Below are positions 1 through 12,170 of a stretch of 64,000 nt of DNA, one piece after another (the stretch's first letter is position 1; every line of letters starts with the position of its first letter). The DNA is from Phoronis australis. Lineage: Eukaryota > Animalia > Phoronida. The translations under genes and the position numbers were made by a program. The notes under the pieces are model-generated. The model was not told the DNA's origin. It searched no databases and saw nothing but the letters and a program-made list of their open reading frames with translations. The stretch lies in contig NMRA01001044.1 of the NCBI GenBank assembly GCA_002633005.1, positions 1-64,000 of the forward strand, written 5' to 3'.

Positions 1-977
1 GCAGGTCAAAAGTAGTACTATTCAGATGAATTTTATGATGCCTTCTTAACTATAAGGCAGCCCAGCTAGCTGACTCTCTATTGTGTTGGCAGGGAATAGG
101 GTAATTGAAACTTCCGCTTCAGTTATCAAATTTAATTGGGTTTTGGCTTGAATTTTCAGCAGGAATAGGTTCCTGACATGAGTAGGTAGGTGCTCCTTGT
201 GCAAAGATGTTGTGCAAGATACTTGGTGACGATAAAAGTCGCATAAGTTCAAGGTTGACTTTGCTCGACTATTCCTTTGCCAGTCTGCACTAAAACAAGG
301 CATCCAATGTATAACTGGCAGCATGCTGCTTTGAACAAGCGTGCTGGTGAATCGCGGAAAAGCCAAAACCTGATGACAAAGGGCAAAGGTGGTGGCTGTC
401 TTATCTTACAAAATTCACTGATTGACTTCCAGCTCTTTAGTGTTTGTGAAATGGATGGAACTCAATTTGTTCAATTATATGAAACAGAACTAGAAGGAGC
501 AGTGATGGTTTCATTCAGCCAAGAGTTAAAATTCACCGATCTAAAACCTTTTGAAATTCAACTATGGAATTCAATTCGTTGCCACCTGAGAGACATTATA
601 GATTTAAATACTTCTAAACTGGTAATCAAACAATAGCTAATTAGCCTGATTGACTGAAGTGATAACTCCAATTTTTAATTAAAATTTTATTTAATTGACT
701 TATTTATCAACTTGTCATCCATCATGTCACTTCATTATTCCGATTGTATAATTATTCATAATTAATTGTTGATTCGTAATATTTATTTTCTTTAAATTTT
801 AGTTGGTGTATGGATCACCAAGGAAGTAAGTTTTTAACTTTTTGTGTTACCCAGATAGTGTAAATAATCCCCATTTTTTACATCTTGTACCTTTTAGTGT
901 ATTAATGTAGATGATCCAAGAAACAAATAATAACATGGTTCAATAATGGAAATTGTTAATGGCATCACTAATTTGCA

Positions 978-2420
978 AAACAAAAGCAACCCGGAGCATT
1001 GAAATGTGCCCACCAATGCACCGCAAACAGTGTGCTTCCAGGGGTGTTTAATTGGAACATAAAAATTACCACATGATGGCACAAAATACGTTGAATCCAT
1101 TCGAAAACTGTTATGTGTCATGAAAGGTATTTATAAAATTTCTTAAAAATCCGTCAAGAACCTTTTAAGAAACACAGGAAAATGAAAACAATAAAATTGC
1201 CACTACCAGGCTATAGAAGAAAAAATATAACTGCCACTAAGAGGCGCCACAGTAAATGAAGTCGTCGGAAAATCATCGTCAGACTTCCTGTTTATTGTAG
1301 GAACATATACATGCAAATTTCCACAACCATACTAAGACTGGTTTGGTTGATAGAGGGCGGATGCCAAATAATAAGACTCAAAAACAGTAAAACTGGTAAC
1401 TAGGTGGTGCAAAATATCCCGAATCAAACTGAAAACGGGAGGATAGCATCAACTCAATAATAGTTTCTTATCTGCCAAATTTTGTGAGAATCCGTCGATG
1501 ACCAATGAACACAGACTGAAGTAAATTTTTTTTTAAAAAAATTGCCACTAAGGGGCACAACAGTAGTCCGATCCATATAAAAGTTGTGTTTGTTGTCAAG
1601 CTCACATGAACACTGCAGAGGGTTCAGGATATACAACCATGGGCAAAAAAATGCCACCAGCAGGCACCACAGTTGTAGAGGTTATTGGAAAAGCTTCGTC
1701 AGCCCTCATCTTCACATTAGGAACGTACATGCCATTTCCCTTATCATCCTTAGGGTGGTTTGGTTGACAGAGAGAGGCAGATGCCAAAAGCACACTCAAA
1801 AAGAGTAAAAATGGCCACTAGGTGTCACTCAATGCCTCGATCAAATTCAACCGCAAAACCGGAGGATGGCATCAACCCATTATTAGAAGCCTGTCAAACT
1901 TGTTGAAAATCTGTTGACGACCTTTGAAGATGCAAAAGTATACGTAAAAAACTAATACTGCCAATACAGGGCATACCAGTAGTCCAACCTGTCCGAAAGT
2001 CATCGAGCTCTATTGCTAACTACGTCCAGCAAAATTCAATAAAGATCCAGTAGATCGTTTACGAGATACAGCCATGGGTGTAACAAAATAAAACTGCCAG
2101 TAGGAGGCGCCACAGCAGTCAAAGTCATCGAAAAATCATTGTTAACTGCCCTCCTCACAGTAAGAACATATATGCCAATTTCCAAAATCATCCCTGGAGC
2201 AGTTTGGCTGACAGAGGATATGCCAAAACACAGACTCAAAAACAGTAAAAATGGCCACTAGGTTGCGCAAAGCATCTCAATCTTTCTGAAAATGGGAGGA
2301 TGGCATCCTCTCACTTATAGATGCCTAAATGCCAAGTAAGGGTAAAAAACTAAAATTGCCACTAGGCAGCTCACCGGTAGTTAGAGAGGTCTGAAATTCG
2401 TCACAGGATGCTACACAAGA
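978..2420 (-). mobile_element. Helentron-associated non-autonomous element (HINE/DINE-1/pearl-like) with ~420-450 bp internal tandem repeats
   Basis: Starts AACAAAAGCAACCCGGAGCATTGAAATGTGCCCAC, the same terminus as 45038 and 58761. Repeated unit GGTTGATAGAG..AAATGGCCACTAGGTG..ATTGCCACTA occurs at ~1345, ~1762 and ~2205. Right end approximate. Confidence 0.7.
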
Positions 2421-2673
2421 AAAAACTATTTTGCAAACTCATATCCCGTTTTGCAATCTAGAAATTTTGCGAGTTGGCAACAGACTTTAGAAATAACGTA
2501 ACAACATCAGTCGCCACCTCAAACCAGCCTGAGGAAACTGTATGCAACTGGAAAACTGTTGTCCAATCAATCATTTTATACTTTTCCATTATTCCTAGGA
2601 AACCTCTGACTACACATTCATCAAATTCTGACCGCTGGCCAGTCGCAATGACAAGCGGCGATAATACACTCAC

Positions 2674-2892
2674 CTGGCTTGAGCTTCGGTGCAGCCACCT
2701 TAGACACGGCTGGCTTATCCCTGCCCACCACCCGTGGGTGCTTGGCTGATCCCACCCCCGTGGCACCACGTCTACTCAGTGCGTCGTACTCTTCATTTCC
2801 CCATAGTTGGTATCGAAGAACTTCTTGAACCACTGTAGGAACTCAAAGTTAGCCTGGAAGCTTCCCTTCACCAATTTCGCGATGGGAATGAC
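2674..2892 (-). pseudogene. MAPRE1: EB1/MAPRE coding exon 4 with an apparent 1-nt deletion frameshift
   Basis: gcacag|[31 protein letters not shown], then a G4 run at 2799-2802 shifts frame (reads GEMKSTTH*). The shifted frame continues [16 protein letters not shown]|gtgagt, like EB1 DGKDYDPVAARQG. The C-terminal EBH exons were not found in the window. Confidence 0.8.
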
Positions 2893-3257
2893 CTGTGCAT
2901 GGAGAAGCAATTCTGTTACACCAAACCGATACTCACAATAACAATAAGGCTTGCTACTAGGTGGCGTGGCAAGTTACACCGTAATGTACTGCCGATTTCC
3001 TTCAGAAATAAAGGCCAAAATTGCCTTATTTCAATTTTGAAAGTCTTCCGAGAACGTTCGGAAAGTCCGCAATTTTTAGAAAGCTTGTCCCGAAAATCGT
3101 GCAATTTTGCCAATTAGTACCATGACTTCATGAAGTGCAGAGAAGCAAACCCAGAAGTACAAATGCGAGACAAGGGTTGAGTTCCGCAAAACCGTAAGAC
3201 ATCACGATAAATCTTTCCTCTTAGAACACTAACATTAAATTCAAACCCATAAATTAA

Positions 3258-3590
3258 GGTTACATGTACCCCTAATTAAATGCTTTCATTCTTCTTCAAA
3301 AAACTAAGTAACTAGCGACTGTCAACTTGTAAAAGTGTAAATTTTCTGAAACTGGGAATCGAGACAAATTTAATAGAATCATTTACACCTCTGCACTGAA
3401 GTCACTTGAGCATGTGTTTTTGGCAAACATGTTGTTTTTTGAAATATACATAATTGATAGGGAAAAAGTCTATTCACCAGCACTCAAAAAATTTCTGCAT
3501 TAAAACTTTGATGAAAATGCTCAAAAACTGTGTACAGTTAGCGCCGGGGTTTTTAATGGAATTTTTTGGGAAATAAGGGTACACGAAACT
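3258..3590. mobile_element. Small TIR MITE with TTAA-type target (Kolobok-like)
   Basis: TTAA|GGTTACATGTACCC ... GGGTACACGAAACT|GTAA imperfect inverted termini. Confidence 0.4.
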
Positions 3591-3691
3591 GTAACACACA
3601 ACCTTGCCGACCAATAACTTCACTGACAGTCATTTTGCTCCGACAGGCTAATAGATTTTCAGTCCAGCACAGTAGAGATGGCATCACCTAC

Positions 3692-3798
3692 CTTATCACA
3701 GCCGACCTTGTTAAACGCTTCTTGGAGCAGCTTGAAATTGTTGATGTACTCTAACTCAAGTTTGGCATCAAATTTGACTCTTTTCAGCTGGACCGCAT
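3692..3798 (-). CDS. MAPRE1: EB1/MAPRE coding exon 3
   Basis: ctctacag|...|gtaggt; translates (D)[35 protein letters not shown], matching EB1 [32 protein letters not shown]. Confidence 0.93.
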
Positions 3799-5209
3799 CT
3801 GTAGAGAAGAAGTTCAGTAAATGAACGAATGATAGTTATGAACATATTCCACTGCTGTGTACACAAAAACATCAGTAAGAAGGAACTTGCTTTTCTTCTG
3901 TACATAACACAAACAGAAAAAAACATGAAATTACTGCTGGATTATTGTATTATCAGATGATAAACTAAAATACAACTAGATTTCTGCATATGAACTCTTC
4001 CTGGGACTCATCTAACCGCAGCCTCAGCTCAGACAGCACGTCAGAGACAAAAAAGACAGCCCATTTCAAGACAAATTTGACAGTAACAATGGCAACACGA
4101 AGAATTTTAACATTTCTGATTGATAAATTTTTTGAAACCTTTAATTCGTTGTTTTAGAATGATAGCGAGATATAAATCAAGATTACAGACTATCACTGTC
4201 TATTTTTACCATAAATGTCACAATGATGTTCGGCAAATGCTGGCAGTCTTGGTTTTCAGGGAGAGCGCCTCCCCACCCTGTGACATAACCTCATGCTGGA
4301 TCCCCGCATATGGCAAGTGTCAATCTCACCCAAATTGGACAACGCTTTTCAAATCCTAGATGAGTCCCAAGTCTCCACCACAGCAAAACCTCCCAGGAGC
4401 ATGAAGTGTCGCAGACCATCAACTCTTTGTTGAGGTCATCGAACAAAATTAAGATCTATACTGACAGGGCCACTGACGCCGCCTCTAAATATTTAAAAAC
4501 TGCGAAGTTCGCATTATCACAACAAAAAATCTCATTTAATGGCTGAAAAATTCTCATCAAGGTTAGAATCACTATGCAAAACGTTACTTTTGGCTAATTG
4601 AGGGGTGGCATCCGGGGGTGGAAATGGTGATAAACGGAAAGGGATTTTCTCCTCAATTAAACAATTCCTCTCTCGGAAGGCACGGGCACGCTTTTCCATC
4701 TTGTGACTGGTGTCACATGCACACCTTTTTTTAGGTGGTGGCTTCTATTGTTGAACCAGCTATTTACAAACTTAAAGGTGTAATCTTATCCACCACATTA
4801 GAAAGTACTGCACATATCCAGTAAGAAATTTGATCTCACATTATTTGAGACTGGGCATAGAAGAATAGAAATTTTAATTCCTTGCTTTCTTGCTTGATAA
4901 AAAAGGATTTATAAACGTCTCGTGTAATGGCATTTAAAACACATTTTGGAAAGAGAAAATGAGCTAACTATAAATCTATCACTAAGAATTTCAGTGCGCA
5001 AAGCAATCATTGAAATCAACACAGCCAAAGCAAGGAAACTACTCAGGGTTCAGTCTTGTAAATACTCTGGGTAAATATTTAAGCGCAGAGGTTGGACTCT
5101 TCAAACACTATGGCTACATATGGAATCCCACTGCAGTCTTGACAACCTTAAAAAATGAAACTCTAGAGCCAATGGCAGCACTACGTAAACTATAGAGATA
5201 AGGCCCCAC

Positions 5210-5318
5210 GCAGGATCTTATTGCAGGCACCTGCCTAGCCAGAGTATATACAGGTCTAATCAGGTGCAGGATCTTATTGCAGGCACCTGCCTAGCCAGAG
5301 TATATACAGGTCTAATCA
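5210..5318. repeat. Tandem duplication of ~57 bp
   Basis: GCAGGATCTTATTGCAGGCACCTGCCTAGCCAGAGTATATACAGGTCTAATCA occurs twice, just downstream of the EB exon 2 donor. Confidence 0.9.
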
Positions 5319-5350
5319 ATGTATTGTTTCTACGCCACATTGTCACCTAC

Positions 5351-5389
5351 CTTTAAACAGCATGTCCATCAACTGGCAGTACGCAACAC
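5351..5389 (-). CDS. MAPRE1: EB1/MAPRE coding exon 2 (39 nt)
   Basis: tttttgcag|GT GTT GCG TAC TGC CAG TTG ATG GAC ATG CTG TTT AAA G|gtaggt = (G)VAYCQLMDMLFK, matching EB1 GAAYCQFMDMLF. Phase is compatible with the previous exon. Confidence 0.92.
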
Positions 5390-7775
5390 CTGCAAAAAGA
5401 GAATGATGACAATGTGAAACTAATGCAGGGAATTTAAAACTTGCAATAACCTCTCAATCTGTCCATTGTTTGAGAAACATTTAGGTTATGCAAGGCCTTA
5501 TGGAGTCCATATGTCCATTGGACATGTCCCTGTGTTTAGCCAAATATCTACAAAACTATAGATTTCACGAAGCCTGCAAAATTAAGATTTTTTACTTTAA
5601 TACCAATCTGCATTAATTGGGTGATGTGACTGTATTTTAGTAAAATTTAGCCAAGGAGGAAGATACAAGAGCAAAGCAATGGTATTAATAACATGGCCAA
5701 ATTTTATTTGACATAAATATTCAAGATAAGACTTCAAAACCGCTGTTACAGTTTTCTAAACTATAATCTAGTTTTAAGAAACTTATGAGTTTTACATGAA
5801 ACTTGTAATTAAAGTTCTACTTTGTATTGTTCCTTTTGAAAAAGTGAAACATTTTAAAAACAATTCCGAACATTGTTTTGGAGAACAGTGCATGTAGCAT
5901 AGCATGTGAATTTTTAATATGAATCCCATCAGCCATTCCGAGATAATATGTCTCAAAGTTAGTAAATTTTGACAATTCTCTAGGGTCCTTATATAACCTA
6001 AACACTACAATGTGTGATAAGAATGCAAAACTCCCAGTTGGAATGGTTCGCGCATGATAATCCTATCCTCTGAAGAATAACCCGCCAATGACTTTATTTT
6101 TCACCTTTACCCGAGTATCAGCCCACCTTTCTTACCAATGCACTTTTGTGGAATTAAATTCAAATTTCCATACAGTTCTTTAATGCGGTAGTGTTTACCT
6201 ACATACCATGCTAATAGGAGACAGGGATTTTCTTGAAAAGGCTGTGTTCCAATATTTGACGAAACAATATTACCTCGTCTGTCATATCGTGGCTCAAACC
6301 GAAGATTTTTGCCTGAAATTTCCACCCACACACCTGCATGCGGAAAATTTATCAAATACAGGACCTTAGGCCTATTTTTCAAGCCAAAGTTAAACATTTC
6401 TAGAGTTTATAAAGTTTCCAAAAATGATGGGCACCACAGTGGCACAAAAACAAGAGTTCAAATAACAAAGCACAGTTCATCTTAGCACCTTTTTTGGTTA
6501 CCTATAAAATAAAATAAATAACAAATAGAGCCACTGAGGGAGTATAATATCATCATTAAGGACAACGGAAATCTTATTTTTTGAGTTTTTCATAGAAGAC
6601 ATCAAGCATCAAACTAATGCTTTATCAAGTTCAAGTTCTGTATTATAGAAGTACCATCAAAAAATATTTTCAAAAATCGTGGGCATTCACAACAATATCA
6701 GAGGATTTTGAAAAATTAAAAAAGTGTAAATTCTGTCTAATATTTTTGTCCAAAATTGGCAAGATTTTACCGTGTTATAAATGTAACATTTTTGATGAAT
6801 TATGAAACAATTAACTATAAATTGATAATAAACTTTATGAACAGACATGCTAATTAATATCAGATAATTATTTTGAAAGTCACAATTTCTTTTCGAACAG
6901 GACTTGTAATTGTAAACAACTTGTTGTCATAAACTTTAGTATCGCACAATTTCTTCAGAAAAGCTTTAGTTCTTCTAATATCCCAGTGTAGTTCTGACAG
7001 GATATGATTGTCAAAACATGTTTTGGAAATGGGTCAGCTTTAGGTGGGTTGATTCTAAGAAACACCCACATCGATGTACTTATGCCTTGACCAGTGTCCA
7101 TGGGATATTTAGTCATATCTTAGAGTTTAAATATTTGTAGAGCAGAAATAAGCGCCATTCTCAAAAGAAAAAGTTAGGAGACGAGGAAGCTGTGTAACTT
7201 TAGAGAAGATCACTGAGTGTGTAGAGTTTCAAGGAGTGTAGTCAGTCACTGACAAGGATCATACTCATACACAAAACAAGAACTGGATGTTCATGCGTGG
7301 ATAAGATCAAAGGGAGCATTTTCTGTAAGTCTCATTAGAGTTTATGATCTATGAAATATTCTAGGATATAATATATTTTAGAATAATTTTGGTTTGGTAA
7401 ATGTGATTTAAAGTTTATGTACCGACTCAGTTAGTTTTGAGTAATTTTGACTAATTTCTTAAATTGATTTTTGTTATCTGTTGAATGTAATATTGTCATG
7501 TATTTCGAGTATTTTATGTATTTTCGTAGATTTACGGTTCTCACACAGTTCTCACAAGGATTCAAATTTTTCACTGAGATTCCAACTGAAATTAGTAAAT
7601 GAAATTATCCCGCCAAACTCGGACGTTGATTTTGTCTGTCCAATGCAGAACATTGCAATAAAATCACAAGCAATTTTCCATCTATAAGCCAGGGCTTGTA
7701 TTAGGGAAACTAAGGTGAAAACTAAACAATTTTCTGAATTTGTGGCCCGTGGCTTACTAGGGCAAATTCCTAGTA

Positions 7776-8288
7776 CCGTATTGGCCGTGATAACTGCCCA
7801 GGGCGCTTAGAAAAATCTGTTTCAGAGGGGGGCGCTTATTATAACCCCAGGCCGTTGAAACGCGGTCTCCAAAATGGGTGAAATGGGAAGCTAAGATTCA
7901 TTCTATTTACGCTCGGTGACGTATCTGTAATCTATAAAAGACTTTCTAAAAAACCGTGGTGCATTGCTATCAAACTTTGCTGCTAAATTACGATCATTTT
8001 ACAGAAAATTGTGCTGAAATCCCAGGGCAAAAACTCGCCGACTGCCTGCCTCGCAATCATCGAAACAGCGACTTGAATGCTTAAATAAAAATAGTTTCGA
8101 CTCAAGCAAATTCTACAAATTCTGCGCACGATTTTTTTCAAGACTGTCGGATATTATTGATAAATTGAAGACGTTACAGTAGAGTTTAAGGACTGTACAC
8201 ATTCATGGACTGGGCGCTTATCTTAGCAAAATCTGAAAACGTGTGGTGGCGCTTACAGGGGCATGGGCGGTTATTACGGCGAATATGG
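7776..8288. mobile_element. Tc1/mariner-pogo (Tigger-like) MITE
   Basis: TA|CCGTATTGGCCGTGATAACTGCCCA ... TGGGCGGTTATTACGGCGAATATGG terminal inverted repeats; same family as 18503-19843 in the opposite orientation. Confidence 0.75.
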
Positions 8289-11071
8289 AAATTAATCAGT
8301 CAGAACAATATCACTGTGATTTGAGACAAAATTTGTCTACCGCCACAAATCACTTGGCTAAACCACCTATTTGCTAACACCTAGGGATTGCCATGTGACT
8401 AATATCGAGCGTTTTTCACTTGGAATTGTTTTTAATGTATGACTCATCGTCTGCAACTCATTCACATGCAAACTTGAGACTCTGAGACCAAGCAAACTGA
8501 AGCTGTCCTCATCAATGATGCTACAAAAATAGCCATGAGTGGTAAATTCACCCGAAAACTCAATTGTTGCTGGTATAACTACATCACACATCTCTGCGTA
8601 GTTTCATTGAATTATGTGAACAGATTCTCTAGAAATCATCTGGAACTGCTTCACCCCAAACCATTGAAAACCCCACCCCTCTAGACCTCGTAGCAGAGAG
8701 GGGGGCAGATTAATTACAATTAGCGCGAACCATCACATGTGTGACAAATGTCATCAAGATCTGACCAGGGTTTTTTTGAGACTTCCAGTGGACACCGGTA
8801 CAGGATGACAGCAATAATGTGGCCAGATGTACTGTAAACGTTCGGGTGAACGCCCATGCTCAGTTGACCGCCCACCCCCTACTTTTGGTGGATTTTCGTT
8901 TTAACCGCCCACTGCTCGGTTAAGAGCCCCCTGCGATTTTTGAAGATTTCCAGTTAAGGGCACACCTCTCGGTTAAGCGGCCATCCCCCATATTTAAAGA
9001 ATGAAGATTTAGCGCCCAGTGCTAAGGAAACGCGCGATTCCCCCGATCAATGAACACAATGACTGCAAAGACGCCGGGTCTCCAAGACGGTGGTTTAGCA
9101 ATGTGAATTACAATTATACAAGTAAGGAGTTATTTTCCTGGGTCATGGACTCACTTCAAAATATAATTAATACTTGAATGTTTTTGTCACTTTATTTTCT
9201 TCCCACGTTTGCAAAGTTTAAGAACGCCGCCAGAGTCAAAACCTCCGCTTTCAGTGACTTTGTCTGCCGCGCTGAGTTTTCGTCTGCAGTGCACTAGACA
9301 CATATTCGAAAAAATCAGGCCAGAGAAATGAGACAATGGTTTTGCCAACCCTCCAAATTCTATTAAGGTGGGAAGCTCTCGTAGTTTGAACAAATCTCAC
9401 AACTCACGGAAAGTTGTCAAATTCTCAATATTTTGATGAACGTAATTGCTGGGTTATAGAGGATGTTTGGCGACCGAAGGGACAGTACAAGTGCCTTACT
9501 GGGTTACCGATTTCGTTGCTGCCTATCGATTTCTGAATTGAAAGGTTGGCAATAATGTATGTTTGTGTATGATCTTGAGGTAATAAAATAAAAACTGCTA
9601 GTAAAATTTCGTTTTTCGCTTATTGCATCTCAGTCAAACTGGCGTCGGCAGATTTAACTAATGTCGCTGGCTGTTCTTTACTGTTTCTTGCGTCAGACCC
9701 AACGTCAGCGTGACTGTGTGAATTATTGTTTCCACATCCCCTTTTTAGCCATCCAGAATAATTTTGTTTATACATTGGTCAGTTTCAGACTGAACAAAAG
9801 TTCTTACCATTCTTTTGTCGAGTCTGAAATATCAACGACATAGACTGACTGAAAATTGGCGATAGTGGGTAGGAGATGCACACAGCTAGCTACGAGCATG
9901 GGCTTAGGGAGCATCAAGCTGGGAAATGTAAGAATTGACTTGACATCACAGTTTTGGGGAACATTGGCAGCGGAGGAATATCATAAAGAACTGGGTCTTT
10001 CGTAACAACAGCTTAAAAGTACATAGTCACACCCGTTCTTGTTACTTAAGACTTTCGCTATTCTCTTTTGATGTGTGACTTCATAGTGGTACACGCACGC
10101 AAGTTCCCACACTTTGGAGTGCATGCTATCTTTATGACACCAACATGTGATTGACAGGTGACTCACATGTAGGCCCTATGTGCGTGCTGAATCCCGCCGC
10201 TATCTTTGGCCATAAAAAACAAGATGCATATTGAAAGAGGCCATTATATTACTTGACGGCATTTCCAAGTCTCGATTGTCAGCCGACTGAGACATTGCGC
10301 GCTAACAGCAGGACCGAACAGTGCCGCAGTGCGATATTACAAGTGATATGAATAGGATAATCTGGACATCTTGCATGAAAAATAAATGTTTTTCCACCAC
10401 GAAGTTTGGTAAGGAGATCATTTAAGAATGAATTGAAACATCGCTGTTTTGTGGCGTTTTATCACATATTTAAGCCGTGGCTCGAAATTTTATTCTTGAT
10501 TGACGAGTTCCTCACGGCCGCTTATACCCGATTCTTGTCTTGGGCCTACTTCTTTGCAGAGCATGTTTGGCGCAACGGCAAGTGAGCAATGCCGGGCAGT
10601 CGAGATAAAACAGCAAGCCAGTGCGCTACAGAACCATACGCTGAAAATGTCATTGAGTCACGCAGTGTGTGCTGAAAATGTCATTGAGTCATGGAGTGTC
10701 GACTATAAACATCCCAAACACAAAAAACATTTGAATTAAAGGCGAAGGCAACCTTTTTTCATGTCATTTTGAGCTAAATAAGGTTGGTTGGTTATCCTAG
10801 ACATATTTTCCATTTAATTACAGCTTTTGTAATTTTATTAGTTACTCGTCCGCTATTCCGGAAGTGACGTTTTAGGAGGCAAGCGTTTCCCGCCACTTGG
10901 TTTTGCGTTGAGTTTACCATGCGAATCCGTTCTGTTCTACTTTTGTTTTGTGCCGTTTTTCAACAATTGTCGCCACCACTTTCCATCGGCGAGTATTCTG
11001 CGGCAACATAGGTTAGTAGAGAACTCAACTACGTTGGATTTAGGAATTGTTTAGTGTGTTGTAAGCTGAAA

Positions 11072-11385
11072 ATGGCTGGACTCTGTGACCCGCGTATCAC
11101 ATTGACAGTAGTGTGAGTGACGGAGACCTTGTTCACAGCAGTGGTGACGAGGAATTTTTTCATGGACATTTAGTGGGTGGGTACATGTTTGAGCCCTTTT
11201 ATAACGAGGCAGAGTACACACAGGCACAGGCAGCTGTTGAGAGAAACGAGGCGGCTATACTGAGGACAGACGTGGTGACACATCTTGGTGCAAATGCACT
11301 GTGTGCGTTGTTATGCCTACCTCAAAGGAATGCTCGTGCTGTTCAGAGTTCGACGAGGCCAAGCCACTACTGGACACGGTTAAGT
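11072..11385 (+). pseudogene. KolX-like ORF (P2X7 ballast-like Cys-rich zinc domain), frameshifted and truncated
   Basis: GGYMFEP motif, then after a frameshift RRGDTSWCKCTVCVVMPTSKECSCCSEF = W-C-x-C-x2-C-x2-M-P-T-x2-E-C-x-C-C-x-E motif. Confidence 0.78.
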
Positions 11386-12170
11386 GGACTTCCGGCATAC
11401 CACGGACAGAGGAACAACTGTCCCACTTGCCAGAGTGTCCCACGACACACTCCCACTGGATGGTGACCTGAGCACCCAAACTGCTTACATCGGGTCGTGT
11501 GACTCCCTCGCCACACACCTGGCACCTTCTAAATAGCTCCAACACTTTAGACAAGTCCACAATAAACTTATCAAAGTTTGGCTCACCGATCTGTTCACTG
11601 CACGACGAAGTGGCCTCTTCACTGGGTGTCGAACTGGGCCTGTAATCACTCCCACTACTCAATATCGCCGCAGGGCTGCTTAGAGGCTCTGGGCTGGAGA
11701 AAACAGCACAGGGCGAATCTCTACTGGTTCCAAGGAATGGCACGCTCTGGGGTACGTTCGGAGGCACAGGTGACAGTAGATGAAGTGCCTCCACTGGCTC
11801 CAGTCACTGTACTGGCCACAGCTCGCGAGGCTTCTCGCTTCAAAAACACACTGCTCGGGGGTGGCGACGGGGCACTGCCGGGAATCAACACAGACGGAAT
11901 GGCATCCTTCTTCAGGCGTTGTTTCGCTGGGACCTTCATCAGTTCAGCGTACAAATCCCTTTCATAATCGGACGGCCGAAAGTGTTTGCCACACACACGG
12001 TAATTCTCGACTGCTTTGTACGTTGCGTGGACGGGTAACGCTGCATTCTTCACACAAACGAGCCAAGTACGGTGAAGTGTGTCATCCATCGGAAAGCGAT
12101 GCAAAGGTACTCCCAAAGCGCGCGTGAGACGATAATTAGTACATTCCGGTACGTAGTAACAGTGTGGCAT
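11385..12170 (-). pseudogene. Kolobok transposase N-terminus (THAP domain plus Cys/His region), frameshifted, DDE core deleted
   Basis: MPHCYYVPECTN..LHRFP..W..VCGKHF..LKKDAIPSV (THAP). After a frameshift at ~11720-11790: KFIVDLSKVLELFRRCQVC..GAQVTIQWECVVGHSGKWDS..GMP. Confidence 0.82.

Noticed and set aside
46-636. ORFs 46..366 (-) and 277..636 (+) as genes or as the next EB exon
   Set aside because: No recognisable motifs and no EBH-domain similarity in any frame I read.
2794-2805. Programmed -1 ribosomal frameshift at GGGAAAT in EB exon 4
   Set aside because: The heptamer is not in the X_XXY_YYZ register of the incoming frame (TAT GGG GAA ATG). A homopolymer error or a true deletion is simpler.
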